Source of the DNA: an uncultured Gemmatimonadales bacterium
GTDB lineage: Bacteria; Gemmatimonadota; Gemmatimonadetes; Gemmatimonadales; GWC2-71-9
Assembly (NCBI GenBank): GCA_963821525.1
Contig: CAWGED010000010.1
Coordinates: forward strand, 96,001 to 160,000
Direction of reading: 5' to 3'
Length of the DNA: 64,000 bases
Made by a program: the position numbers and the translations under genes. Position 1 is the first letter of the stretch, and each line of letters begins with the position of its first letter. Below the pieces are notes generated by a model that saw nothing but the letters and a program-made list of their open reading frames with translations, searched no databases and was not told the origin of the DNA. Positions 53,052 to 63,250 of this stretch are shown piece by piece.

Positions 53052-53633
53052 CTACCTCTGCATCGTCGCGACCAGCTCCTTGCACCCCGAGCCCCAGCGA
53101 GAGACGGATCTGATCGCCTGGGTGAACGGGACGTCCAGCGGATGCACCCGTTCCCGATCGAGCACGTAGACCGCTCCGGCAAACGGCGTCGGGACAGAGG
53201 GGACGAAGCACGTGTAGCGACCATCATCGAATTCCTCGATGATGAATCCGGGAACCAGGGCGTCCTCGATCTCGACGAGCGCCGGCTTCCACTCGGTCTC
53301 ATCACCCTTCCCCGCCAATCGCTGGGTCATGCTTCTGATGACCGCGTACCCGGGGATGCGCTCGAAGAACGAACGCTCGAGCTTCTCTATGAGCGCGCGG
53401 CCAGACCGGGTGCGGGCGGCGGCACCGATGAAGAAACAGATCAGCAGGACCAGAAGGAGCGAGAGCAGGCGTTCCGCGGGCAGCCACTCGGGGAGTAATC
53501 CAGCGAATGGCTTGACCAGTCGCCCCAGAGAAGCCGCCGCCTTGAGCATCAGCAGGATCGCCAGGTAGAGCGGGGCCACGATCAGTAGGCCGGCGACCAT
53601 AGACGCCACGATGAAGTTGAACAATCGTTTCAT
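53052..53633 (-). CDS. DUF502 family membrane protein
   Basis: RIPGY, FVPSVPTPFAG. Confidence 0.85.
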   Translation of the reverse strand: MKRLFNFIVASMVAGLLIVAPLYLAILLMLKAAASLGRLVKPFAGLLPEWLPAERLLSLLLVLLICFFIGAAARTRSGRALIEKLERSFFERIPGYAVIRSMTQRLAGKGDETEWKPALVEIEDALVPGFIIEEFDDGRYTCFVPSVPTPFAGAVYVLDRERVHPLDVPFTQAIRSVSRWGSGCKELVATMQR

Positions 53634-53789
53634 GGAGGTCCTCCCGAAGAGTCCGCGTGCGCACGCGAAGAGAGAACAGCAAAGTAAGGAAGGGACGGTC
53701 GGCTGGGAGATGCACCAAGGTGCAATAGTCCGGTCCGGCGGGGGCCTCTACTGTAGAGTCGGGCTCACCGCACCCCTTCCGACAGAGCC

Positions 53790-54176
53790 ATGCCAGCACA
53801 CCAGCTCCGGCCGTCTAGCAACGTGTTGCTTCCGAGCATCTTCGGCCTGGGGATCGGCTGGCTCGTCGGCGCTGTCGGTCTCTCCGGTCCTCGCTGTTGT
53901 CGTGGCCAGTCTCCTCGCCGCCGCGGCCTCGGTGCTCTCCGACATCCGGAAATCTGAAACCGGTCGTTCACTCAACATCGCCCGGTATTCGTGCTGATCC
54001 TGGGGATCGTGGCCGGCTCGGTTGTCGGCGTCCTGACCAGAGACGATGCGCCCTCCGGAGTCGTCAAAGAATCTCCCGTCACAATCAGGGATGTCAGATC
54101 CACCTTCTCACTCTCCCCATGTACGCCACGTACGGCTCCCCAAACTTCCTCGCCAGATACTGTTCTTCCCGCTTGA
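53790..54176 (+). pseudogene. small membrane protein, frameshifted
   Basis: Hydrophobic pieces GLGIGWLVG / SVSPVLAVVVASLL / LILGIVAG in different frames. Confidence 0.35.
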
Positions 54177-54564
54177 TGATGCCGTAGTGGGTGATGAGAA
54201 GGACAGGAATCAGGAACACCAGCGGCCAGACGGTGCCCACGGCGAAGGCGATACCGAGGCATAGGCCGGCGAGTGCGAGGTAGAGCGGGTTGCGGGTGAA
54301 GCGGTAGGGGCCGTCGCTCACGATGGCCAGCGTCGGCTCACGAGGATTCACATTAGTTCCGCCCCGTTTGAGAGTCCTTTCTCCCCAGATCCCCAGCGCC
54401 ACCGCGGCAGCTATCAGCCCGATCCCCACCATCCGCACCGGCCACGCGTGCGGCAGGTACCATGGTTTGAACCAGTGCAGGAGCAACGAGACGAGCAGGG
54501 TGCCGCTGTAGAGGAGCGGCGGGAAGACGAGGACGTTGGGGTGGTCGGTAGTGTTGGGAGACAT
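54094..54564 (-). CDS. isoprenylcysteine carboxylmethyltransferase family
   Basis: GPYRFTRNPLYL, EEQYL..KFG, VRRWI. Confidence 0.9.
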   Translation of the reverse strand: MSPNTTDHPNVLVFPPLLYSGTLLVSLLLHWFKPWYLPHAWPVRMVGIGLIAAAVALGIWGERTLKRGGTNVNPREPTLAIVSDGPYRFTRNPLYLALAGLCLGIAFAVGTVWPLVFLIPVLLITHYGIIKREEQYLARKFGEPYVAYMGRVRRWI

Positions 54565-54572
54565 TGGGGGCA

Positions 54573-54706
54573 ATTTCAGATTGAAGATTTCAGATTGAAG
54601 ATTGATGGTTTGAGAGTGATGGATCGGGGATCAGCCGTCAGCCTCAAGCTGTTAGCTGTCAGCTGTTAGTCGCCGTTCAATCTGCGATCTGAAATCTGAC
54701 AATCTT
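54573..54706. repeat. heptamer palindromic element A
   Basis: (ATTTCAG ATTGAAG)x2 ... GCTGTTA/GCTGTCA x3 ... reverse-complement AATCTG arm. Confidence 0.85.
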
Positions 54707-56409
54707 CCATGACTCCTCCCTACCGGCCCCACCTCCGCCCTGAACGCCGCCACCCCGGCACGAATCGTCGGGAATATGCGCTCCGGTCCGATCTTGTCGG
54801 CCACGCCTGTAAGCTTCAGCATCGCCTCGAACCGACCCCTGGGCTTGGCAATGGCGAAGACAATTCCCTGCTCTTCCAGCTCGGCCCGAAGCTCCTCCAG
54901 CGTTTCTCCGCCGGTAATGTCGAGGGCGGGGGTGGATTCGGCACTGAACAGAAACCACCGAGGCTTGGGATTGGCCTGGCTTAACACGGTCCGGACCCGC
55001 TCCTTGAAATGATCGGCATTGAAGAACACAATCGAGGACTCGAAGCGAAACAACAGAAGGCCGGGAATCGGAGTGCCGCCATCCTCACCAATCTGCCCGT
55101 AGATTCCCGACTGCTCGTCGACTTCACCCAGAACGGCGTCGCGCGGTCTGGAGGCGAGCGCAATGAGCCGGAGTAGGGTCAAGGCCACGGCGATCAACAC
55201 CCCGTGCAGCACGCCGACGGTCATGACGCCCAGCATCGCCACGATCGACAGCCAGAACTCGGCGGGACTCACCCGCAGATACCAGCGGAGAGAGGCTATG
55301 TCGAAGAGTCCGATCGCCGAGGAGATCAGGATCGCGGCGAGCGCAGCCTTGGGCAGCAGGGCGAGGGGCCCGGTCAGCAACAACAGCACCAGCGCCATCG
55401 CCATGGCCGCGACAACCGAAGTAAGCTGCGTCTTGCCGCCCGAGGTATCGGCCACCGCAGTCCGCGAATCCGCTCCGCTCACCACGAATCCCCGGCTCAA
55501 CCCGGAGGCAAGGTCAGAGAAGCCGAGCGCGATCATGTCCTGGTTCGCGTCGATCGGGTAGTTGTTCTTGTTGGCGAACCCTCTCGCCGTGGTCATCATG
55601 CTGCAGAAACTCACCAGCACGATGCCCGCGGCACTCTCGACCAGAGGCAGGACCTCGCCGAGCTTGAGCCTGGGCAACGTGGGCATCGGGAACCCGGCGG
55701 GCACCTGACCAACCACCGCGACACCCTTGGCCTCGAGGCCCATCGCGTACACCAGCACAATGCCGAATACCACTCCGATCAGCGGCCCGGGAAGCTGGGG
55801 CCAGAAGTGCTTGAAGATGCGCAGGAGCACGAAGAGACCGAGTCCAACGGCGATCGTGAGGTGATGAGTGTCTCCCAGACGGGAAAAGGCTTCCACAATC
55901 GTGCGGAAGAACCCGCCTTTGGGAACCTGCACTCCCATCAAAGTTCCCAGCTGCCCCGCGATGATACTGAGGGCAATCCCGTTGAGATAACCCGTCAGGA
56001 TCGGCCGCGACAAGAAGTCCGCGATGACCCCCAGTCCAGCCAAACCTCCGGCGATACAGAGCAGGCCGGTAACGAACGTCAGGGTGACTGCCACATCCAC
56101 GTAACGGGAGGGGTCGCTTGCAACCAGCGGACCGACCGTCGCAGCAACGATGGCGCAGGCGGCCGCATCGGGATTCACCACCAGTTGTCGCGAAGTGCCA
56201 AACAGCGCGTAGGCCACGGCCGGGAGAATCGCAGAGTAGATACCCGCGACGGCGGGAAATCCGGCAAGCTCAGCGTAGGCGATGCCGATCGGAAGCGCTA
56301 CGGCGGCGAGCGAGATGCCTGCGAGCAAATCGCTCTGGAGCCACTCGCGACGGTAGGTGCGGGCGACCCGGAGTCCGGGCATCCAGCGTTCGAGGGTTGG
56401 GGAGGGCAA
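54652..56409 (-). CDS. SulP anion transporter with STAS
   Basis: DLLAGI, PIGIAYA, DANQD, SRT, STAS; C-terminus runs into repeat element A. Confidence 0.93.
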   Translation of the reverse strand: MPSPTLERWMPGLRVARTYRREWLQSDLLAGISLAAVALPIGIAYAELAGFPAVAGIYSAILPAVAYALFGTSRQLVVNPDAAACAIVAATVGPLVASDPSRYVDVAVTLTFVTGLLCIAGGLAGLGVIADFLSRPILTGYLNGIALSIIAGQLGTLMGVQVPKGGFFRTIVEAFSRLGDTHHLTIAVGLGLFVLLRIFKHFWPQLPGPLIGVVFGIVLVYAMGLEAKGVAVVGQVPAGFPMPTLPRLKLGEVLPLVESAAGIVLVSFCSMMTTARGFANKNNYPIDANQDMIALGFSDLASGLSRGFVVSGADSRTAVADTSGGKTQLTSVVAAMAMALVLLLLTGPLALLPKAALAAILISSAIGLFDIASLRWYLRVSPAEFWLSIVAMLGVMTVGVLHGVLIAVALTLLRLIALASRPRDAVLGEVDEQSGIYGQIGEDGGTPIPGLLLFRFESSIVFFNADHFKERVRTVLSQANPKPRWFLFSAESTPALDITGGETLEELRAELEEQGIVFAIAKPRGRFEAMLKLTGVADKIGPERIFPTIRAGVAAFRAEVGPVGRSHGRLSDFRSQIERRLTADS

Positions 56410-56414
56410 TGTGG

Positions 56415-56564
56415 ATTTCAGATTGAAGATTTCAGATTGAAGATCGGGGGTGGAAGATGAATCAGGGTCAGCGGTTAGCCGTTAGCGGTTAGTCTAATAG
56501 CTAATAGCCAATGGCTAATAGCTGGTGCGGTCCAATCTGCAATCCGAAATCTTCAATGTGCAAT
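56415..56564. repeat. heptamer nested-palindrome element B
   Basis: (ATTTCAG ATTGAAG)x2, GTTAGCG-type, CTAATAG-type and CAATCTG-type arms. Confidence 0.9.
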
Positions 56565-56567
56565 GAC

Positions 56568-58541
56568 CTAGCACCCATGAGCCGGACGAGGCATCGCTTT
56601 AAGAAGGAGCGATTGGAAGGCAGGATTCTTCGCCACTGGATCCAGCAATGGGTCGCAGCGAAGGTGGAGCTGAAAGTGCAGGTCTGCTCGCGGCTGGTAA
56701 TCGGTAAGGAGTCGTAACGCTTTCCTGGTATCGCCGAGACCGAGGTAGCTCTCGGCGAGGTAGGTGACCGTGTGGATCTTGAGCGGTTGGTAGGATTTCG
56801 AGAGTGAATCGGCCCGCGCCAGCAGCTCGCGCGCCTTTGCCGCCTGTCCCGCCCGGTCCACCGGCAGCGCACTTCCCGCCATGGCATTCACGACCTCGAC
56901 ACCGCTGCTCAACCGGACCGCCGCATCGAACGCCGCTACCGCCTTCCCGATATTCCCGCGGGAGAGCTCGGTCTGGGCGATGGAGGTGCGTCCCAGGTAG
57001 TAGCCGGGATCCACCCTCACCGCGCTGTCCCCGTAGACCGCCGCGCTGTCGTACTGGCGGCGCCAGTAGAAGGCAATTCCAAGGAAGGCGAGGCACTGGG
57101 TATTGGTCGGACTCAGGTCGAGGCAGCGATGCCACGCCGCGATGCCGCCGCTCGGGTCTCCGGTTTCCGTCAGGTACAGGCCGAGGTAGTGCCAGCTGTC
57201 CGGCTGGGTCGAGTCGAGGGCGATAGCGTGCCGGATGGAGCGGAGCGCGGGACCGTCGTCGGTGGGGTCGATCCGCTCGCTCAGGGTGGCCCGGACACGC
57301 CAGGCCGCCGCGCTGTTGGAATCGAGAGCCAGGGCGCGGTCTACCGCCCTGACCGCGGCATCGATGATGCTATCGGACGGAACTCCCGGGATGACGAATC
57401 CTCGCACATCGGCCCGGACATAGGTCTGCGCCAGTGCAGTCCACGCATCTCCATAGGACGAATCCCTGGCCAACACCGCACTGAAGATCTGCGCCGCCTC
57501 GGCGCTTCCTGTCTGGGTCCGCCGCTCGAAGGCCTGAATCCCACGACTGTAAAGCGCGACCAGCTCCGGGTCTCGCGCTTGACCCCTCGCCGATGCTCTC
57601 CGAAGAAACGGATAAACTCCAATCAGAAGCAGGACCAATAGTCCAAGCACGACCAGCCTTCTACGCGACGAAGGCTTCGCCTGGACTGAGGGAACGCTGG
57701 CGGCCGTTGTGTCACGCAGGGCCGCGCTGAATGCGGCGAGGTCGGCGAAACGATCCGCCGGCGCGCGCTCCAGAGCCTTTAGCACCGCGCGCTCGACTGA
57801 AAATGGCACGCCGGGTCGGACCGGATGAATGGCCCGGGCCGTCTCCGTCAATCGGCGAGCCACAATGGCCTGTGCGGTTCGGCCTCCGAAGGGAGGTTCG
57901 CCTACCAGCATCTCGTACAGCACGGTTGCGAGGCTATACTGATCGCTTCGGGCGTCCATCTTGTCGCCGCTGGCCTGCTCCGGACTCATGTAGGCCGGCG
58001 TCCCAATCGAGAGGCCCGTACTGGTCAGCCGTTCGGCATCGGTCTCCGCCACCGCTTTGGCGATGCCAAAGTCAACCACGTAGACCGAGCCGGCCGAGAG
58101 CAGCACGTTCTCCGGCTTGATATCCCGATGGACGATGCCGTGCCGGTGGGCCGCCTGGAGCGCTTGCGATATGAGGTCCGTGATGCGGAGGGCATCGTCG
58201 AGAGGAAGCTGCGGCTCTCTCATCAGCCTGGCCCGGAGCGATTCACCCTCGAGATAGGGCATGGCGTACCACGGCACCTCAGTTCCGTCGCCGCGGCGGA
58301 TCACCCCGGAATCAAGCATCGGGACGATGTTGGGATGTTGCAGCTGAGCTGTTACTCGAATTTCACGAAGGAACCGGTCCCCGCCGACCACCCCGGCCAG
58401 CTCCGCATGGAGCAGCTTGATGGCGACCAGGCGGTCATGCTGCCCATCTCGGGCGAGCCAGACCGTGCCCATCCCGCCTCGACCTAGCTTGCGCAGCAGC
58501 GCATAGCGGTCCGCGATGCTGCCGACCACCGGCTCGGGCAT
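56568..58541 (-). CDS. Ser/Thr protein kinase with TM and TPRs
   Basis: GRGGMG, HRDIKPEN, DFG, GTPAYMSPEQ. Confidence 0.95.
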   Translation of the reverse strand: MPEPVVGSIADRYALLRKLGRGGMGTVWLARDGQHDRLVAIKLLHAELAGVVGGDRFLREIRVTAQLQHPNIVPMLDSGVIRRGDGTEVPWYAMPYLEGESLRARLMREPQLPLDDALRITDLISQALQAAHRHGIVHRDIKPENVLLSAGSVYVVDFGIAKAVAETDAERLTSTGLSIGTPAYMSPEQASGDKMDARSDQYSLATVLYEMLVGEPPFGGRTAQAIVARRLTETARAIHPVRPGVPFSVERAVLKALERAPADRFADLAAFSAALRDTTAASVPSVQAKPSSRRRLVVLGLLVLLLIGVYPFLRRASARGQARDPELVALYSRGIQAFERRTQTGSAEAAQIFSAVLARDSSYGDAWTALAQTYVRADVRGFVIPGVPSDSIIDAAVRAVDRALALDSNSAAAWRVRATLSERIDPTDDGPALRSIRHAIALDSTQPDSWHYLGLYLTETGDPSGGIAAWHRCLDLSPTNTQCLAFLGIAFYWRRQYDSAAVYGDSAVRVDPGYYLGRTSIAQTELSRGNIGKAVAAFDAAVRLSSGVEVVNAMAGSALPVDRAGQAAKARELLARADSLSKSYQPLKIHTVTYLAESYLGLGDTRKALRLLTDYQPRADLHFQLHLRCDPLLDPVAKNPAFQSLLLKAMPRPAHGC

Positions 58542-58586
58542 GACCAGCTCCACGTTGGGGGTAAGGCGACGGAATATACGCTCGAC

Positions 58587-58973
58587 ATGACCCTCCGCAT
58601 CGTCCAACTCGGCAGCCCCCGGCAACGCGGTGAGGGGCTTCGCATCGGCACCGTGCGCCGCCCGCCCCGTGGCGTGCCCAAGAGCCGCTACAGCTCGGAT
58701 GACTGGTACGACGTCTGGCTTCCCGAGCTGGCGCCGAGCGCGGCGGCGGTGAAACGCGCCCTGGCTGCCGAGACGCCGGCCGAGTGGAAGGCGTTCGTGA
58801 AGCGCTATCGGAGGGAGATGAGCCAACCCGACAAGGTGCGGCTCCTCAAGCTGCTGGCCGCCTTATCACAGGACGCGAACTTGTCAGTGGGCTGTTACTG
58901 CGAGGATGAGTCGCGCTGCCATCGGTCGGTGCTGCGGGAGCTGTTGCAGGAGAATGGGGCCAGGCTGGGGTGA
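58587..58973 (+). CDS. DUF488 family protein
   Basis: VRRPPRGV, WLPELAPS, CYCEDESRCHR. Confidence 0.9.
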   Translation: MTLRIVQLGSPRQRGEGLRIGTVRRPPRGVPKSRYSSDDWYDVWLPELAPSAAAVKRALAAETPAEWKAFVKRYRREMSQPDKVRLLKLLAALSQDANLSVGCYCEDESRCHRSVLRELLQENGARLG

Positions 58974-59050
58974 AACACAAAGAGCACGAAGTTCCCTCCG
59001 TGCCCTCTGTGTCTCAATCTTCAATCTGAAATCTTCAAATCCTTCAATTT
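58974..59050. repeat. 9-mer hairpin plus heptamer arm (element C)
   Basis: ACACAAAGAGCACGAAG..CTCCGTGCCCTCTGTGT, then CAATCTT CAATCTG AAATCTT; lies between convergent genes. Confidence 0.75.
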
Positions 59051-59053
59051 CCT

Positions 59054-59465
59054 TCACCCTTCCCGAATCAGACTCCCGCTCGCCACATCGTAAATCCGAA
59101 CGTGCACAACAATGCCGGGCCGGGTCTGATCGACCACCTTCACATGGACAACCTTCTTGTCCTCGGTCGGACGGTAGACGATCCAACTGCCGGCCGGAGC
59201 AGAACGCTCGATGTTGGCGCAGCTGCGCGCCTTCGCCTGATGCCCGGGCGGCTCACCCGGCATCCAGACCCGACATTGCCCGGGCGGAGGCAAGTGCCCT
59301 GGAGGAATGCCGAGAGTCGCAGCCGTGCTCTTTCCCTGTTTCTGGGCAGGGGCAGGGGCAGGCGCGGGGGCCGGAGCCGGCTTGGACTTGGTGGTGTGAG
59401 ATCGAACTGCACGCCATGGCAGCGAGCAGTACTAGAGCGGGGGCGAGCACGCGGGTTGAGCGCAT
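59054..59465 (-). CDS. GIPPGHLPPPG-motif lipoprotein (frameshifted)
   Basis: AMAC lipobox; LGIPPGHLPPPGQCRVWMPGEPPGHQ. Confidence 0.7.
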
Positions 59466-59715
59466 GGATCCTCCAGGCAAGGGACGCGGTCTGCCCTTGG
59501 GCGGCAGAAAGCATGCCCCAGCCCTAAGTTATTATCCCACACTGATCTATCGAATAATCCCGCAGAGCAGGAGACTATGCGAGGTGTCGTGTGCATTGTG
59601 GCTTGGCAGGCTGCGGGACCGTCTGATTAGAACCCATCGGAGGGTAAATTATTTGGCTGTCCGCTCGTTCAATGCCGTCTACAGCCTGGCGGCCGACGGT
59701 TAAGGCCTGTGGGTT

Positions 59716-60036
59716 CAACACGAAGAACACAAAGATCACAAAGGGCTTCGAGTACGCTCGATGTCACCTTGAGGCCCAATTGGCCTCCGTAACACTCAGC
59801 CCAATCTGACACCTGAAATCTGAGATCTGAAATCCCAGCAAGCCACAAAGGACACAAAGGTTTCCCCTCGTGTCCTTCGTGATGAAACAGCCGCCAGCCA
59901 CCAGTACCTCCACCAACACACATCTAACTGCTAACAGCTAAGAGCTAACAGCTACAACCCAAAGCTGATGCCCAACGGCTGATTGTCCCGTCTCTGCTGT
60001 TTACAATCGGCAATCTTCAATCGGCAATCTTCAATT
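59716..60036. repeat. mosaic of 9-mer and 7-mer repeats (element D)
   Basis: CACGAAGAA/CACAAAGAT, AATCTGA, CACAAAGGA hairpin, GCTAACA, CAATCGG CAATCTT x2. Confidence 0.8.
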
Positions 60037-60038
60037 CC

Positions 60039-60557
60039 CTACGCCACCTTCTCTACCGACAGCTTCGACTGCTTCGCCGCCTTGAGCGTCGCGCGAATCT
60101 TCTCGAGGTGATGGTAGCTGTGCCGGACCGCGTGATCCTCCAGGATGAACTGGGTAGTGAGCGGTGCATCGGCGTTGAGCGAAACCGCCGCCGCCTTGTC
60201 CAGCTGCTCGTCAGTGAGCTGACGGATCGCCTCGGCAGCCGCGGCACTTTGGATCTCCAGGAAATGCAGAGCCTCTTCCTTGGTGACCTTGTCGAAGTCC
60301 TTGGCGTGGCGGGCATTCACCTGATGCACATCGTCCCAGGTGACGCCGGCGATCGGGTCGCCTTTGGCGAGGGTCTGGGCGATCTGGATCTCCAGCGGAT
60401 ACATGTTGCCGACGTGATGCACCACCACGCCGATCTTGCGGCCGTCCTTGGGAATCGGCGTCTGCCACTCGGCCTCCGTGAGGGTGCGGGCGAGAGCGGC
60501 AAGGGCGCGGGCTCCTTCTTCAAGGCGAACGGCCAGCGCTTCGGTACGTTTACTCAT
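60039..60557 (-). CDS. DinB/MDMPI-like protein
   Basis: VVHHV, HSYHHL; GGAGG RBS. Confidence 0.8.
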   Translation of the reverse strand: MSKRTEALAVRLEEGARALAALARTLTEAEWQTPIPKDGRKIGVVVHHVGNMYPLEIQIAQTLAKGDPIAGVTWDDVHQVNARHAKDFDKVTKEEALHFLEIQSAAAAEAIRQLTDEQLDKAAAVSLNADAPLTTQFILEDHAVRHSYHHLEKIRATLKAAKQSKLSVEKVA

Positions 60558-60599
60558 GGTCCTACCTCCAAGTCGAGTGCGTGGTTGACAGCAATGTGA

Positions 60600-61460
60600 T
60601 CAGGCTACGGTGGCCTGAACGTCGAGATATTCTCCGACCACCGTCGTCCTGCCGTTGGTGGCCACGTTGTGTTCCGTGAAGTGCCGCGTGAGGTTCTCGC
60701 GAAGCCGGCTGGCGCCTTCGGGATCGGCGGCGCGCAGGGTCGCGACCGTGGGCCCGTAGCAGTTGGCGAACAGCTCGGTCACCGCGGCGGGCGGGAACGG
60801 GAAGCTGAGCTCCAGCGTCCGCTTGCTGCAGATCACCGAGCTCACCTTGTCGCCGAACCGGGCCCGGACCATCGCCTCCTTGCCCCACTCCAGCGAGCTC
60901 GGCACGCCCTGCGGGGGTGGCACGACCGCGGTATGCAAGCGGAGCATCTGCCCCACGAATCCCTCGAAGGTCCAGTTCGCCATTGCGACCCGGCCTCCTG
61001 GGCGAGTCACCCGAATCAGCTCCGCGGCGGCGCGCTCCGGACGGAAGGCGAACATCGCCCCGAACATCGTGACCGTGGTGTCGAACTGGCCCTGGAGATA
61101 GGGCAGCGACTCGGCATCGCCCACTTCGAAAGCGATGGCGACACCCGCGGCACGAGCCTCGAGCTGCGCCTCGGCGATCAGGTTGGGCGCGATATCAATC
61201 CCGCTGACTCGCGCTCCGGCCTTGGCGGCGGGGATGGCGAGGTTGCCGGTGCCACAGGCGACATCGAGGACGGTCTCGCCCGGACGAATCCCCAGCCTTG
61301 CGATGAACTCCTGAGCGCCGGGCTCGAAGCTCCGCGCGATCGGAAGGAAATCGCCCGAGGTCCAGACCGAACGGGCGCGGGCGGTGAGAGGATCTTCCGA
61401 CCAGGCCCGGACCTCGTTGCTGGTACGTGGACTGCGGGATGAAACACCTTCTGCCGACAT
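60600..61460 (-). CDS. class I SAM-dependent methyltransferase
   Basis: VLDVACGTGN, GDAESLP, FGAMFA, RPGG. Confidence 0.92.
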   Translation of the reverse strand: MSAEGVSSRSPRTSNEVRAWSEDPLTARARSVWTSGDFLPIARSFEPGAQEFIARLGIRPGETVLDVACGTGNLAIPAAKAGARVSGIDIAPNLIAEAQLEARAAGVAIAFEVGDAESLPYLQGQFDTTVTMFGAMFAFRPERAAAELIRVTRPGGRVAMANWTFEGFVGQMLRLHTAVVPPPQGVPSSLEWGKEAMVRARFGDKVSSVICSKRTLELSFPFPPAAVTELFANCYGPTVATLRAADPEGASRLRENLTRHFTEHNVATNGRTTVVGEYLDVQATVA

Positions 61461-61617
61461 GCCACTCCTCCATCAATGGGTTCCGGCGCGACCTCGTGTC
61501 GCGCAGCGGGATCAAAGTGCTATGGAGGGGTGTTGCGGGAAATGACTGGAAGTCCCGATTTGCTGCTCAGGAGTGCTGACGGCGGTGTCAGACGGCGGAC
61601 TACACGTGGACCCTCGA

Positions 61618-62575
61618 CTAAGAAACCCCCGATCTTCTCGCCTCTCGCCACGCGCCCGGGGCCACGCCCGTCGCCTTCTTGAACGCACGGCTGAAGGCGG
61701 CCTCGGAGTCATATCCGACCTGCGCCGCGATGGCGGCCACCTTGGCGCCGCTCTGAGAGAGGAGATTGGCGGCAACCTGCATGCGCCATTGGGCGAGATA
61801 CTGCATCGGCGGCTGGCCAACCAGTTCGGTGAAGCGCTTCGCCACATTGGTGCGGGAAGAGGCTGCCTTGCGTGCCAACTCGTCGAGGGTCCAGGGATGA
61901 GCCGGCTGCGCGTGCAACAGGCCCAGGACACGGCCCACCACATCGTCGCGGAGACCCGCGAGCCACCCAGCCTGCCCTGACGGCTGCTCGCCGAGGTAGC
62001 GGCGCAGCACCTCGATGAACATCAACTCGGCAAGCCTGGTGAGCACGCTGTCGGCGCCGGCCCTCCGGAGCTGGGATTCTTCGGTGACCTGTCGCGTGAA
62101 GCTGCTGAGCCCAGGCGCCCGACATCCCGCGCATGTGCATGAGGCGTGGGAGACCGGCCAGCAGCGGATTGAAAGGGCGCCGGTCGCAGCCCAGAAACCC
62201 GCAAACAAATGCCGCGGCACGAGGGCCCCCGTTGCCGAGCATCACGGGCTCGAGATAGCGCGCGGTGCCGACGCTATGGACGTTCGGGCCGCTCTGCAGC
62301 CCGCGCGCGCTGGACATCATGTGGGCGTCCCCATGAGGAAAGACGATGATGTCGCCCTGGTTGAGCTCCACCTGGTCCTCCCCTACCAGTCCGCCGTAAC
62401 AGCGTCCTTCCGTGACGACGTGGTAGGAGATCAGATGCTCCGCCGTCGGCATGACCCGGGGCGTCAGTTCCTTGGCCGCCACCGTCTCGACGCTCCACGG
62501 CGCCACGGCCTCGACCGAATAGAAGAACGCGCCGTCCAGACGCACGACTCGGAGCAGGTCGGAGAGGGGATCCAT
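61618..62575 (-). CDS. AraC family regulator with Cupin_6 domain (frameshift ~62115)
   Basis: MDPLSDLL, FPHGDAH; WTLDELA, GYDSEAAFSRAFK. Confidence 0.9.
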
Positions 62576-62597
62576 GGAGCGGGAATGTATCGGGGAA

Positions 62598-62700
62598 AGG
62601 GGTAGTGGGGAGTAGGGAGTGGGGAGTAGGGGGAGGGAAGTGAGGGCAAGTACTCATCTGAATAGTTCTCCCCACCACCCACTCCCCACTCCCTACTCCC
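62598..62700. repeat. heptamer inverted element E (GGGAGTR / YACTCCC)
   Basis: GGGAGTA GGGAGTG GGGAGTA ... CACTCCC CACTCCC TACTCCC. Confidence 0.85.
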
Positions 62701-63113
62701 TAACCATCCACGTCATCCAATACCGGCTTAATATCCACCACGGGCGTCCCGTCAATCGCCTCGATCGGCCCGATCCGCAGTCGCGTCCCGGAAATCTCCC
62801 GCACCGTTACTCGATGAAGCCCCAGCGGATTGGGCCGGTCGGGAGACCGGGTCGCGAAGACTCCGGCGATCGGAATCTCAGGATCACCCCGCGGGTGCAC
62901 CTGGAGCACCTCACGATCACCCCGGTGTAACCAGGTGATGATGATGATGTCGTCCCCTCGGGCGACGCCGCGAAGCGCCGGCTCAAAGGCTGGATCAACA
63001 TGGAGCCAGGCGTCGGGCGCACCCTCGTTCCCCTGTCTCGGCGCTTCCTCCTTCGAGTGGAGCGCCGACCGAATGTGGCCGATGAGTCGGAGGTGATCAG
63101 GAATGTCTTCCAT
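62700..63113 (-). CDS. trmO: tRNA m6t6A37 methyltransferase TrmO family
   Basis: APRQG, GVFATRSPDRPNPLGL, DGTPVVDIKP. Confidence 0.9.
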   Translation of the reverse strand: MEDIPDHLRLIGHIRSALHSKEEAPRQGNEGAPDAWLHVDPAFEPALRGVARGDDIIIITWLHRGDREVLQVHPRGDPEIPIAGVFATRSPDRPNPLGLHRVTVREISGTRLRIGPIEAIDGTPVVDIKPVLDDVDG

Positions 63114-63119
63114 GGGGCA

Positions 63120-63250
63120 ATTGCAAATTGAAAATTGGTAATTGGTAATTGGTAATTTCAGATTGAAGATTTCAGATTGAAGATTGACACTGCAAAAGCT
63201 AACAGCTAATAGCTAACAGCTTATAGGCTTGCGGCCTATGGCATACGGCT
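63120..63250. repeat. heptamer element F
   Basis: ATTGGTA x3, (ATTTCAG ATTGAAG)x2, GCTAACA/GCTAATA x3. Confidence 0.85.

Noticed and set aside
56568..58826. 752-aa kinase start at 58826
   Set aside because: It would overlap the divergent DUF488 gene; ATG 58541 directly precedes the kinase domain.
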